Shown here: positions 1 through 8,981 of the stretch, piece by piece
How the letters are laid out: each line of letters begins with the position of its first letter
How positions within the stretch are numbered: position 1 is the stretch's first letter
Assembly (NCBI GenBank): GCA_050250935.1
Contig: JBFWNS010000001.1
Span: forward strand, 130,102-194,101
Direction of reading: 5' to 3'
Length of the DNA stretch: 64,000 nt
Source: Candidatus Margulisiibacteriota bacterium
GTDB lineage: Bacteria > Margulisbacteria > Marinamargulisbacteria > JBFWNS01
The notes under the pieces: generated by a model
Database searches by the model: none
Seen by the model: the letters and a program-made list of their open reading frames with translations, nothing else
What the model was told of the DNA's origin: nothing
Made by a program: the position numbers and the translations under genes

Positions 1-2721
1 TACCCATACCCCTGTTCCAAACTGGAAGGTGCCATAATTTTCAAAGGTCAGAAATGGGGAGATGCTCCCATTGCTTAGATTGGACAACTCTAACAAGCTG
101 TTTGGCGAAACTGTGCCTATCCCCACAAACCCAGCTTTAGGCTGGTTGCCGATATTTCCAGAAGGAAAATAGATGTTAGGGGTTGTAGTCTCCCAATCCC
201 AAGGCTCAACCGAGGGGCTAGTCGACAGTTCTTCTCCAGTCGGCAAAATATAGCTATCGGCCAAAATATCACCACTGACCAACTGCAAGGCCCCAGCATC
301 CGATGTTCCAGGGACTTTACCAAGCCCCACGCTTCCGAAGGAGCTGATGTACATGGCAGGTGTAGCAACCCCATATTGACCATAAACCGTCATGAGTGTG
401 GGATAAAGGTTGGATGTCGAATTATTAAAGACATACATTGAGGCGTTGCTTGCTGTTGCACCCAGGGCTACGGAGCCAGAAACAAACAATCGGGCAGAAC
501 CTGCCGTGTCTGAAGCGATACCCACGTTGCCAGAGGTTGAAATTGAAAAATGAGTTCCCCCATTTCCGACAAAACGAAGGATGGATCCTGTAGGTGTGAT
601 TCCAGCAACCGTTAAGGCCCCTGCAGAAACCGTATTGGTGCCAATCCCCACACCGCCTCGGGACCGAATGATCAACTGATTTTCAACTTTAGAATCTAAG
701 GAAGCAACCGGTTGGCTGTCCCCAAAATAGGCAGCGCCCAAATGGGTCAAAGTTGCGCCTTTTCCCAAGGCCAAACTGAAGTCGTGTTGAACCGTTTTAT
801 CTGAGCCGCCAAACGCCGTCGAATAAGCGCCCCAAACGGCGTTGCTGGTCCCCCCCATGCTTGAAGCAAAGTTACCGGTTACATAGTTATTGAATCCCCC
901 AACCACAGAATATCGAGACAAATGACTATCGTCCCAATCGGCCCCAGAAAACGCAGACGGGGTCACCAAAGTCCCAAAAACCAAGGTTGATTTTGCAGGG
1001 TAGAAGAAGAACCGCGTTCCTGGGCCCGTTACCGGTAAATTGGCAGAAACCCCATAGGTACCGCTAAATAAAACCCCCGCGTTCCCACTGATGGTTAGGT
1101 TTGCAACCGGGTTGTAAACCCCGATCCCAAAACGGTCTTGTTGGGCCACAAATAGCGGCAAGCCCTGCCCAAGTTTATCTCCTTTTTCAACTCGGAAAGA
1201 CCCATTGGACCCCGTTAAAACCCCCATGGTGTATCGCTCGAGAGTGCCCCCGCTGTAATAGCTGAAGCTGATGGCAGGATCTTGGCTGGGCCGATTGGTG
1301 ATTTGAGAAATTTGGAGCAAATTAGCAGGATCTGGACGACCGATACCCACATTTCCCAACATATAGGAGATGCTGTTTCCGGTCGGATTGAGCTGCCAGA
1401 ATGTGGCATTTGAAATAATCAATCGCAAATCTTTACCCCCTAGCGTTATCCCTTTGGCATCCAAAGTTCCGGACACCTGCAAAGTGACGTTTGGGGTGAT
1501 GGTTCCTATCCCCACATTGCCCGTAGAACCCACAAACAAGACTGAATTGGCAGAACTTGAGGCGCTGTTAAACAAGGCGGCATTGGGCCCGCCCGTAATT
1601 TCCACTCTCGAGCTGGGGACGCTGGTTCCGATTCCCATTTTTTGGGTGGTGGGATCAACATAAAACAAATTGGATGTGGTTAACAAAGAGGTGGAAACAA
1701 ATTGGGTCGGAAACGTGGTTTTGGGGAAGACGACGGTCTTAATCCCTGTTAAAGAAACCCAGCCATCGGATGTCGACACATACCCTTGGAAATCGCTTCC
1801 ATTCCACCGAATGGTACCCGCGTTGGTGGAGCTGGTGTCTCCGACACGAAGACCTCCATTGATGTCCAAGGTTTCTAAAGGAGAAAATCGACCAATCCCA
1901 ATCTTTGTGGTGCTGGTCTCTCCCCAATAAATATCTTCGGTGTTACCTGTAATGGTTTTCCAATCAAAGGCCAAATTAATCCCTGTGTTGCTAACCAAAA
2001 GGGCGGTTGCATTCACTGTCCCGACCACATCTAGGGAAAACCTTGGGGTTGCGGTTCCAATCCCAACGTTACCCCGAACATAGGAAATGTTTTGGCTGAC
2101 ATCTTGTTGCCAGGGGAAAAGGTTCTCGAAGGATTGGCCTGCAATATAAAGTCCTTGGACATTGACTTTTCCATTGACATCAAGCAATTGGTTTGGGGTT
2201 GTTTTCCAAAGACCAATGTGCGAATTATCCGGATCAACATATAAAATGTTGCGGCTCACAGTAAATAATTTGCTGACATTAACGGTTGTTGTAAAGTTCC
2301 CATAGACCGTTGCTGCATCGGCACGACCCGCCGTATCGGCCAGGTTGGTTTTGACGGCATAAGGCAAAGACGTAACGGGCATGTAAATGGTTTCGCTTGT
2401 GGGCAACGTGATGCCCAGATAGGGGTTGGTGACATCCAGATCTGTAATGACCAGCGGAGAAACTTCCCCCAACTTAACCCCAAAATTCCCGTTGGTGAAT
2501 TTAACCAATTTACTTTCGGTCCATGCGCCAGAAGGCGCCGAGTAGGTGCTGTTAGCGGTACTGAAGCTATAAAATTTAAAGGCAACCGAAATATTGCCAC
2601 TTAGGGCTTGATTGGCAGCGTTGTAGGCCGTTCCTTGGAAATCCATGGTCAAGGCCAACACCACCAGCGGTGTGGCTAGCCAAGCAAGTCCCAAAACCAT
2701 TCCCCAAACGTACTTCTTCAT
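1..2721 (-). CDS. Large secreted repeat protein, N-terminal portion only (ORF is open to the window start; C-terminus lies outside)
   Basis: Manual translation from ATG at 2721: signal-peptide-like N-terminus (MKKYVWGMVLGLAWLATPLVVLALT), then at least 10 degenerate repeats built around G-x-[VF]-G-I-G-T-x-x-P...L-x-V-x-G. No long complete ORF is listed here in any frame, consistent with one frame open to the edge. Start supported; function unknown. Confidence 0.6.
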   Translation of the reverse strand, partial: MKKYVWGMVLGLAWLATPLVVLALTMDFQGTAYNAANQALSGNISVAFKFYSFSTANSTYSAPSGAWTESKLVKFTNGNFGVKLGEVSPLVITDLDVTNPYLGITLPTSETIYMPVTSLPYAVKTNLADTAGRADAATVYGNFTTTVNVSKLFTVSRNILYVDPDNSHIGLWKTTPNQLLDVNGKVNVQGLYIAGQSFENLFPWQQDVSQNISYVRGNVGIGTATPRFSLDVVGTVNATALLVSNTGINLAFDWKTITGNTEDIYWGETSTTKIGIGRFSPLETLDINGGLRVGDTSSTNAGTIRWNGSDFQGYVSTSDGWVSLTGIKTVVFPKTTFPTQFVSTSLLTTSNLFYVDPTTQKMGIGTSVPSSRVEITGGPNAALFNSASSSANSVLFVGSTGNVGIGTITPNVTLQVSGTLDAKGITLGGKDLRLIISNATFWQLNPTGNSISYMLGNVGIGRPDPANLLQISQITNRPSQDPAISFSYYSGGTLERYTMGVLTGSNGSFRVEKGDKLGQGLPLFVAQQDRFGIGVYNPVANLTISGNAGVLFSGTYGVSANLPVTGPGTRFFFYPAKSTLVFGTLVTPSAFSGADWDDSHLSRYSVVGGFNNYVTGNFASSMGGTSNAVWGAYSTAFGGSDKTVQHDFSLALGKGATLTHLGAAYFGDSQPVASLDSKVENQLIIRSRGGVGIGTNTVSAGALTVAGITPTGSILRFVGNGGTHFSISTSGNVGIASDTAGSARLFVSGSVALGATASNASMYVFNNSTSNLYPTLMTVYGQYGVATPAMYISSFGSVGLGKVPGTSDAGALQLVSGDILADSYILPTGEELSTSPSVEPWDWETTTPNIYFPSGNIGNQPKAGFVGIGTVSPNSLLELSNLSNGSISPFLTFENYGTFQFGTGVWV

Positions 2722-2734
2722 GCCCTACCCTTCA

Positions 2735-3682
2735 TCAGAGGTTCAACGAAACAGAAAAATAGTGATTGTTGTCATATTGGATATGATCGCTTTTTTGCAT
2801 GGCATAATCGAAATTAATGCCATTGACTTCCAATCCAATACCCAAAGCAAGTCCACTTTTAACATCGGTAATCACGTTAAACTCGCGGTATCCCCCCGAA
2901 ACTTGGAAAAAGGGAACAAAGGATGGCCGATAGTTCAAGCTTGCGGCCCGTAGCATTTTGTTGCTACCCACTGTCTTTATTTGACCGTGCAATTGGAAAT
3001 CGCCCATGGTATACCTTACCGCATAAATAGCTTGAAGTGGAAGCGTTTCTGATCCCCCATTGTTGTAGTTGACCTTTAAACCGGCTATCACGTTTTTCAG
3101 GGTAATCGACGTATTAAACGCCCCGGTATCCAACACCATCCCTGCATCCATGTTGAAGCCTGACCCTGTGTATTTTTCGATGCTATTGGAGTAATAAACC
3201 CCCGAAACCCCAAAATGCAAGTTCCGGGTTTGAGAAACGGAATAGGACACTTTGGCCACCAAACTGGAGTACCCGAAGGTTTCGCCGGTTTCGGAAATAT
3301 ACCAATCGCCACTGAGGTCCCCAATGACATTGCTCTCTACACCAATGGCCTGGGTCTTTTTGAGATCGCCAACATCGACACTCATCAACCCAAGACCAAT
3401 CACCCCATAGGGCATTCTCATGCTGACGGCCACGTTTTTGAAGTTGGCTTCGTCCATTAATTTAGAGGTAAACGCAGACACCGAAAACCGACGGATGCGG
3501 TACAAAGCCGCTGGATTTTCAAACACACTATTGGCATAGGGGCTAAACCCTTCCACCTGACCCAACCGAATGGCCCGTGCCGAAGACCCGATATCGGTGA
3601 TATCCAAATAGTTTCCACCGGCCACCGCAGGGGTCGCCAGCAAAAACAATCCGAGGATCATGGCCAGGCTTTTTTGAATCAT
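2735..3682 (-). CDS. Outer-membrane beta-barrel-like protein, possibly PorP/SprF-like (T9SS-associated)
   Basis: 315-aa ORF with signal peptide (MIQKSLAMILGLFLLATPAVA), alternating hydrophobic pattern, C-terminal ...FSVSLNL, and an N-terminal FSPY...FENPA motif reminiscent of the PorP/SprF NPA motif. Family assignment is tentative. Confidence 0.5.
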   Translation of the reverse strand: MIQKSLAMILGLFLLATPAVAGGNYLDITDIGSSARAIRLGQVEGFSPYANSVFENPAALYRIRRFSVSAFTSKLMDEANFKNVAVSMRMPYGVIGLGLMSVDVGDLKKTQAIGVESNVIGDLSGDWYISETGETFGYSSLVAKVSYSVSQTRNLHFGVSGVYYSNSIEKYTGSGFNMDAGMVLDTGAFNTSITLKNVIAGLKVNYNNGGSETLPLQAIYAVRYTMGDFQLHGQIKTVGSNKMLRAASLNYRPSFVPFFQVSGGYREFNVITDVKSGLALGIGLEVNGINFDYAMQKSDHIQYDNNHYFSVSLNL

Positions 3683-4287
3683 GGGATAACCGCCATTTTA
3701 CCTTTGGACAGGACTTTTCCGCCGCTTACAAGCACATAAAAATAGACTCCCGCAGAAAGTTGATAGCCCCCAAAACTGTCCAAATCGAGGCGAACCTTGT
3801 TGTAGCCGTATTTGGCACCTTCAGACCCTGCTGCAAAAGACCCATTAAAAATTCGATTGGAGAAAATGTCGTAGATTTGCAATTGAATATCCACGTTTTT
3901 GGACAACTGATACCCAATGATGCCGCCCTTGGCTTGTTGGAAGGGGTTGGGATAAACCAGTGCAGGTCCAATAACGGCCGCTTCGACATTCGAAAAATCT
4001 TGGACACCCACGCTTGTCGAACCTGTGGGAATGGTGGACTGCAAATTGGCAAACCCCATTTTAAGGACAGACAGTTGGTTCGCATTGACCGAACGGTTGA
4101 TGTTGGTTTCTTTTGAGAGTTCTGGATTGAGGGCTTTTACAAAAGCAGTGAAGTAGTTGGCAAAATAGAAGACTTGATTGAAGGAGACTGAAGAAGTTGT
4201 ATCGTCGATTGTATCGGCCTTCGCGGGAACACCCGTTAAGGAGAGGAAAAAGGCCAGTAGCAAAATGGTAAAACGTGTCTTAAACAT
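3679..4287 (-). CDS. Secreted protein with T9SS-type C-terminal sorting domain
   Basis: 202-aa ORF with signal peptide; last ~85 aa (ALVYPNPFQQ...LQIYDIFSNRIF...GVYFYVLVSGGKVLSKGKMAVIP) match the characteristic pattern of the Por-secretion CTD. Stop overlaps the start of the downstream barrel gene by 4 nt. Confidence 0.6.
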   Translation of the reverse strand: MFKTRFTILLLAFFLSLTGVPAKADTIDDTTSSVSFNQVFYFANYFTAFVKALNPELSKETNINRSVNANQLSVLKMGFANLQSTIPTGSTSVGVQDFSNVEAAVIGPALVYPNPFQQAKGGIIGYQLSKNVDIQLQIYDIFSNRIFNGSFAAGSEGAKYGYNKVRLDLDSFGGYQLSAGVYFYVLVSGGKVLSKGKMAVIP

Positions 4288-4395
4288 GGGTCTGTTCCAA
4301 TAGTGGTTTCGATCTGTTTTGTATACTTATCGTGTGAAGGGGTTGAAAACTTGTATAAATCATTTGATGGGTGTTGAGAACATGGGTTGGTCGGA

Positions 4396-5691
4396 TTAGC
4401 GGGTCAGGACACGGGCTTCGGTATCGTAGCCCTTGCTTCCGGTAATGGTTGCGGTATAGAACTGCCCGGGTTTTAGGGATTCGGGGTTGGCAATTAACAC
4501 CACCCCATCCACATCTGGGGCTTCTCGGAACGATCTGGCGATGCCATCGCCTTCGTAAAGCACTTGGATGGTTTCATTTTTTCGGCTGGCCAACTGCGCT
4601 TGGACACTCTTTTTTTGTGCAGACATCACGCGGTTGAGTCGTTTTTGTGCGATTTCGCGGGGCACTTTGTCGCCCAAGCGCGCCGAACGGGTTTCCCGTT
4701 CTTCGGAGTAAAGGAAGGCCCCCAATTGGGTGAAGGGATACTGTTCGATAAAGGCGATAAGCTCGTCGACGTGCGCTTCGGTTTCGCCAGGGAAACCGAT
4801 GATGAGGGTGGTTCGAAAAACCAATTCGGGAATTTCTTGCTTAAAGAGGGTATAGATGCGACGCAGATCGTCTTGGGTAGAGCCACGCCCCATGGCTTTG
4901 AGCAACTCGGAATTGACATGCTGAATGGGCATGTCCAAATAGCGGCAAATGGTCGGATTGTCTTTGATGACCTTAACCAAGGCCTCATCAACCCGAGGCG
5001 GGAAAATGTACATGGCCCGAATCCATTCGACACCCTCGACTTTGGCCAGGGCCTCGAGCAAGATTGGCAAGGAGGGTTTTCCATAGAGATCTTCACCCCA
5101 ACAGGTGGTATCTTCGGCAATTAAAATGAGTTCTTTGGCCCCAAACGAGACTTGCAATTTGGCCTCGGTGATTACCTCTTCGAGGGGTTTCGAGGTGTGT
5201 TTACCTCGAATTTTGGGAATGGTGCAAAACGAACACCAGTTGTCGCACCCTTCGGAAATTTTAATGTAAGCAAAATGAGACGGAGTCAGTTTAAGGTATT
5301 GCTTGGGCACCACCGGTGTAAACCGACGTTTAAACACCATAGCCGCCAATTTTTCTTGGATGGTGCCTTCTTCGTGGGTGGTTAACCACAGATCCACCAA
5401 GGGGTATTTGGCGGTTAATTCTTCTTTTTTGAAGCGGCTGGGGTAACAACCACTGACCACCACATATTTAAGGTCTCCGGCTTCTTTTTTGGCGATTAAG
5501 GCCTCGATATTGGCCTCGGTTTCGTCGATCGCAGATTGGATAAACGAACAGGTATTCAAAATGGTGATTTGTTCGCCGCTGCCTTCTGGGGTGATGGCAA
5601 AGCCCCCCCGGCGAAGTTGGTCTATCATTTTTTCGGAATCAACTAGCGTACGGGCACAACCCAAAGAAACCAAACTGAACTGATGCGACAT
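4396..5691 (-). CDS. rimO: Ribosomal protein S12 methylthiotransferase RimO (radical-SAM MTTase)
   Basis: 431 aa; MTTase N-domain, radical-SAM CxxxCxxC (CDNWCSFC), C-terminal TRAM-like region. Confidence 0.85.
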   Translation of the reverse strand: MSHQFSLVSLGCARTLVDSEKMIDQLRRGGFAITPEGSGEQITILNTCSFIQSAIDETEANIEALIAKKEAGDLKYVVVSGCYPSRFKKEELTAKYPLVDLWLTTHEEGTIQEKLAAMVFKRRFTPVVPKQYLKLTPSHFAYIKISEGCDNWCSFCTIPKIRGKHTSKPLEEVITEAKLQVSFGAKELILIAEDTTCWGEDLYGKPSLPILLEALAKVEGVEWIRAMYIFPPRVDEALVKVIKDNPTICRYLDMPIQHVNSELLKAMGRGSTQDDLRRIYTLFKQEIPELVFRTTLIIGFPGETEAHVDELIAFIEQYPFTQLGAFLYSEERETRSARLGDKVPREIAQKRLNRVMSAQKKSVQAQLASRKNETIQVLYEGDGIARSFREAPDVDGVVLIANPESLKPGQFYTATITGSKGYDTEARVLTR

Positions 5692-5807
5692 GCGATAAGA
5701 ATCTCCTAAAAATCAGCAATTCGGGGTATTATAGTCGTTCTTGGCGTTACCGACCAGAACACATCGCGACCCCAATATCACCCCAATTGTTACGAATAGG
5801 ACCCCCA

Positions 5808-7934
5808 ATGACTGCTACCCTTAACACCCAACAACAAGAAGCCATTGCCCACAGCGCGGGTCCCCTGCTGATTATTGCAGGCGCAGGCTCTGGCAAAACC
5901 ATGGTACTCACCCATAAAATTCGACATCTGATTCAAACCCAGGGGCTTTCCCCCAATGCCATTTTGGCCATCACCTTTACCAACAAAGCCGCCAAAGAAA
6001 TGAAAGAGCGAGTTCGAACCTTGTTGGGCGAAACCCAGCCCCAACCGTGGATTGCGACCTTTCATGCGTTTTGTGCCGAGGTATTGCGCAAGGAATTTCA
6101 TCATTTGGGGCGATCCCAGTCGTTTGTAATTTTGGACAGTGGGGACCAGCAACGTATTCTCAAAGACATTATTAAAAGCAACAATTTGGACGAAGACCTG
6201 TATTCGGCCGCTGTGGTTTCCGCCCGTATTAGTGGGCTTAAAAACAAGTTGGTGAGCCCCGAGGACTATCGCAACCCCAGTCGCCGGGACTACGATGGCA
6301 AATTGGCCGATGTGTATCAGGCCTATCAGTATCGGTTGCGGCAAAACAACGCCATGGATTTCGACGACCTGATTTTCGGAGTCACCACCCTTTTTGTTAC
6401 CCACCCTGCGGTGTTGGAACATTATCAAAACCGGTTTCGTTCCATTTTGGTGGACGAGTACCAAGACACCAATCATGCCCAATACATTTTGGTTCAATTG
6501 TTGGCCAAGCGTCACCAAAATCTTTGTGTGGTTGGGGATTTTGACCAAAACATTTATTCCTGGCGGGGGGCCAATATTCAAAACATTTTGAATTTTGAAC
6601 AAGACTATCCCACAGCTACCGTGATTCGACTGGAACAAAATTACCGCTCGACCCAAACCATTTTGGACGCCGCAAACGCCGTGATCGAAAACAATACCCA
6701 ACGGCAACCTAAAGTGCTGTGGACCGACAATAATCCCGGAACCCCCATTGTGGTTTATGGGGCCAAAAGCGATTTTGATGAAGCCGAATGGATTACCCAC
6801 ACCATCGAAGACCAATTGAAAACCCACGATGCCAACGATGTGGTGATTTTGTTTCGCACCAACGCCCAAAGCCGGGCTCTGGAAGAACAATTACAACGCA
6901 AAAGCATGGCCTATCGCCTGATTGGTGGGCTTAAATTTTTTGCCCGAGCTGAAATCAAAGATTTTATCGCCTATCTGCGGCTGATTGTGAATCCCCAAGA
7001 CCGCATTGCCTTTGCCCGAGTGGCCAACCGTCCCACCCGAGGTATGGGCGAGGTGACGGTACAAACCCTGTTGATGGCGTCTCAGGACCAGGGATTAACC
7101 TTTCAAGAACTGCTGGCCCAAGGCAACTTACCCCTACGAAACAAGGCCAATATCCAGACCTTTTTGGACTGGGTCGAAACCCAACATCAGCACTTAAAAG
7201 CTGGGGCTTTTGCCAATTTGGGGGATTTGCTCAAACAGATTCTAGACGACACCCAATATGCCACTTGGCTGGGCCAAGATCCCGCCACCAAAGACGAAAA
7301 ATTGGACAACCTCTACGAACTGATCGCCATGGGACACGCCGAAACCGATGCTGAAGCGTTTTTAAATCGCTTGGCTTTGGCCACAGATGGCGACCAAACC
7401 GAGTCGACCCACAGTGCCGTCACGTTAATGACCATTCACCATGCCAAAGGGTTGGAATTTCCCATCGTCTTTGTGTGCGGACTGGAAGAAAAAACCTTCC
7501 CCCATATTCGGTCTTTGCACAACGATTCCGAACTCGAAGAAGAACGCCGTCTCTGTTATGTGGCCCTGACCCGTGCCAAAGAAAAGCTGTTTTTAACCTA
7601 TTCAGGACGACGCCAGGTTTTTGGCGAAGTCAGTTTGCATGAACCCTCTCGGTTTTTGGCCGAAATTCCATCTAGATTGCTCCAAACGGCTGCTCCGAGA
7701 GTGGACCTGTCTGCCGCCAAAGTAAGCTTTTCCTTGGGGAAATTTACCCCTGTTACCCAGCCTGTACAGTCTTTTGATCGGGGTGAAACGGTTTATCACC
7801 GCGACTGGGGCCAGGGCCAGGTGATTCGTACCGAAGGGGAAGGCGAAAAAATGGTGATCCATGTGAATTTTTCGGGGTCGCTTAAAAGCTTAATTGCCAA
7901 ATATGCCCCGTTGACCAAAACCCCAGGAGGTTAG
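5808..7934 (+). CDS. pcrA: ATP-dependent DNA helicase PcrA/UvrD family
   Basis: Walker A AGAGSGKT, UvrD-family helicase motifs along the ORF; start placed at MTATLNTQQQEAI (ATG 5808) by alignment with typical PcrA N-termini. Confidence 0.85.
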   Translation: MTATLNTQQQEAIAHSAGPLLIIAGAGSGKTMVLTHKIRHLIQTQGLSPNAILAITFTNKAAKEMKERVRTLLGETQPQPWIATFHAFCAEVLRKEFHHLGRSQSFVILDSGDQQRILKDIIKSNNLDEDLYSAAVVSARISGLKNKLVSPEDYRNPSRRDYDGKLADVYQAYQYRLRQNNAMDFDDLIFGVTTLFVTHPAVLEHYQNRFRSILVDEYQDTNHAQYILVQLLAKRHQNLCVVGDFDQNIYSWRGANIQNILNFEQDYPTATVIRLEQNYRSTQTILDAANAVIENNTQRQPKVLWTDNNPGTPIVVYGAKSDFDEAEWITHTIEDQLKTHDANDVVILFRTNAQSRALEEQLQRKSMAYRLIGGLKFFARAEIKDFIAYLRLIVNPQDRIAFARVANRPTRGMGEVTVQTLLMASQDQGLTFQELLAQGNLPLRNKANIQTFLDWVETQHQHLKAGAFANLGDLLKQILDDTQYATWLGQDPATKDEKLDNLYELIAMGHAETDAEAFLNRLALATDGDQTESTHSAVTLMTIHHAKGLEFPIVFVCGLEEKTFPHIRSLHNDSELEEERRLCYVALTRAKEKLFLTYSGRRQVFGEVSLHEPSRFLAEIPSRLLQTAAPRVDLSAAKVSFSLGKFTPVTQPVQSFDRGETVYHRDWGQGQVIRTEGEGEKMVIHVNFSGSLKSLIAKYAPLTKTPGG

Positions 7935-7938
7935 TCTG

Positions 7939-8652
7939 ATGATCCGTTTGGGTGTCAATATCGACCACGTGGCCACCTTGCGCCAAGCCCGAAAAGAGGG
8001 AGATCCCGATCTGTGTGCCGCCGCCCGAGATGTCTTGGAGGCCGGTGCCGACAGCATTACGGTTCATTTGCGGGAAGACCGGCGTCACATTCAAGACGAG
8101 GATTTGGCCCAGCTGATGGCCTTTGTGCCCAAATTGAATTTGGAAATGGCTGCCACCGAATCGATGGTTCGGGTGGCTTTGGAAACCCGGCCCTGGGCCT
8201 GTTGTTTGGTTCCCGAAAAACGCGAAGAACTGACCACAGAAGGCGGGTTGGATGTGGCCGGGCATCAGGCCCACCTTGCCGCTGTTGTGGCACGCTTAAA
8301 GGCCAATGGGATTTTTGTCTCGGTGTTTATAGATCCAGATTCTGCTCAACTGGAGGCAGCCCAACAGGTCGGTGCCAACGCCGTTGAACTACACACGGGC
8401 ACCTACGCCCGACTCTCGCAACAAGGCACCCAAGAAACCGAACGGGAACGGCTGGTAAACGCCGCTGAATTGGGACACCAGCTGGGGTTGGCTATTCACG
8501 CAGGGCATGGGCTTAATCGCCGCAATGTGGGGCCTATTGTGCAGCTTCCCCATCTTCAAGAACTCAACATTGGCCATAGCATTGTGTCTCAGGCTCTATT
8601 TGTGGGGCTTCGCCAGGCTGTTAGAGAAATGAAAAGCCTGGTTGTGCTCTGA
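7939..8652 (+). CDS. pdxJ: Pyridoxine 5'-phosphate synthase
   Basis: 237 aa; N-terminus LGVNIDHVATLRQAR typical of PdxJ. Confidence 0.85.
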   Translation: MIRLGVNIDHVATLRQARKEGDPDLCAAARDVLEAGADSITVHLREDRRHIQDEDLAQLMAFVPKLNLEMAATESMVRVALETRPWACCLVPEKREELTTEGGLDVAGHQAHLAAVVARLKANGIFVSVFIDPDSAQLEAAQQVGANAVELHTGTYARLSQQGTQETERERLVNAAELGHQLGLAIHAGHGLNRRNVGPIVQLPHLQELNIGHSIVSQALFVGLRQAVREMKSLVVL

Positions 8653-8677
8653 TTTTGGGTAGGTTATTATTAGCCCG

Positions 8678-8959
8678 ATGTCGATGAATATTCAGCCTAA
8701 ATTTAATGCAGACCCCCTGAATTCCAACCCCAACTTGGCTGAAGCAGGCTCTGTTATTTTGGATGTTAACAACCGTAAAGTGGCCATTCGACGCTCTAAA
8801 ATTAAAGACATCGCAAAAGGGTTGGCCGAAATTGCGTTTTCCATGGGCGAAACCAACGACATGGACACCTACACCGCCATGATGGCCGAAGACATCTTCG
8901 AAGCCCTTCAAAAGGTTCGCAAACGGCAAAAAGAAAAAAAGAAAAAAGGGCATTCTTAA
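8678..8959 (+). CDS. Hypothetical small protein with Lys-rich C-terminus
   Basis: 93-aa ORF in an otherwise empty intergenic gap; no recognisable motif. Confidence 0.35.
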   Translation: MSMNIQPKFNADPLNSNPNLAEAGSVILDVNNRKVAIRRSKIKDIAKGLAEIAFSMGETNDMDTYTAMMAEDIFEALQKVRKRQKEKKKKGHS

Positions 8960-8981
8960 ACCCTATTCTTCAGTGTGATTT

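Noticed and set aside
117-2600. Short ORFs 117-383(-), 1215-1409(-), 1370-1663(+), 1670-1930(+), 1739-1927(-), 2031-2240(-), 2256-2600(-) and 2645-2953(+)
   Set aside because: All lie in other frames or antisense within the giant repeat-protein gene whose frame is open from 2721 to the window edge; compositional artefacts.
5790-6890. 366-aa minus-strand ORF
   Set aside because: Antisense within pcrA; Gly/Val-rich low-complexity translation typical of GC-rich antisense frames.
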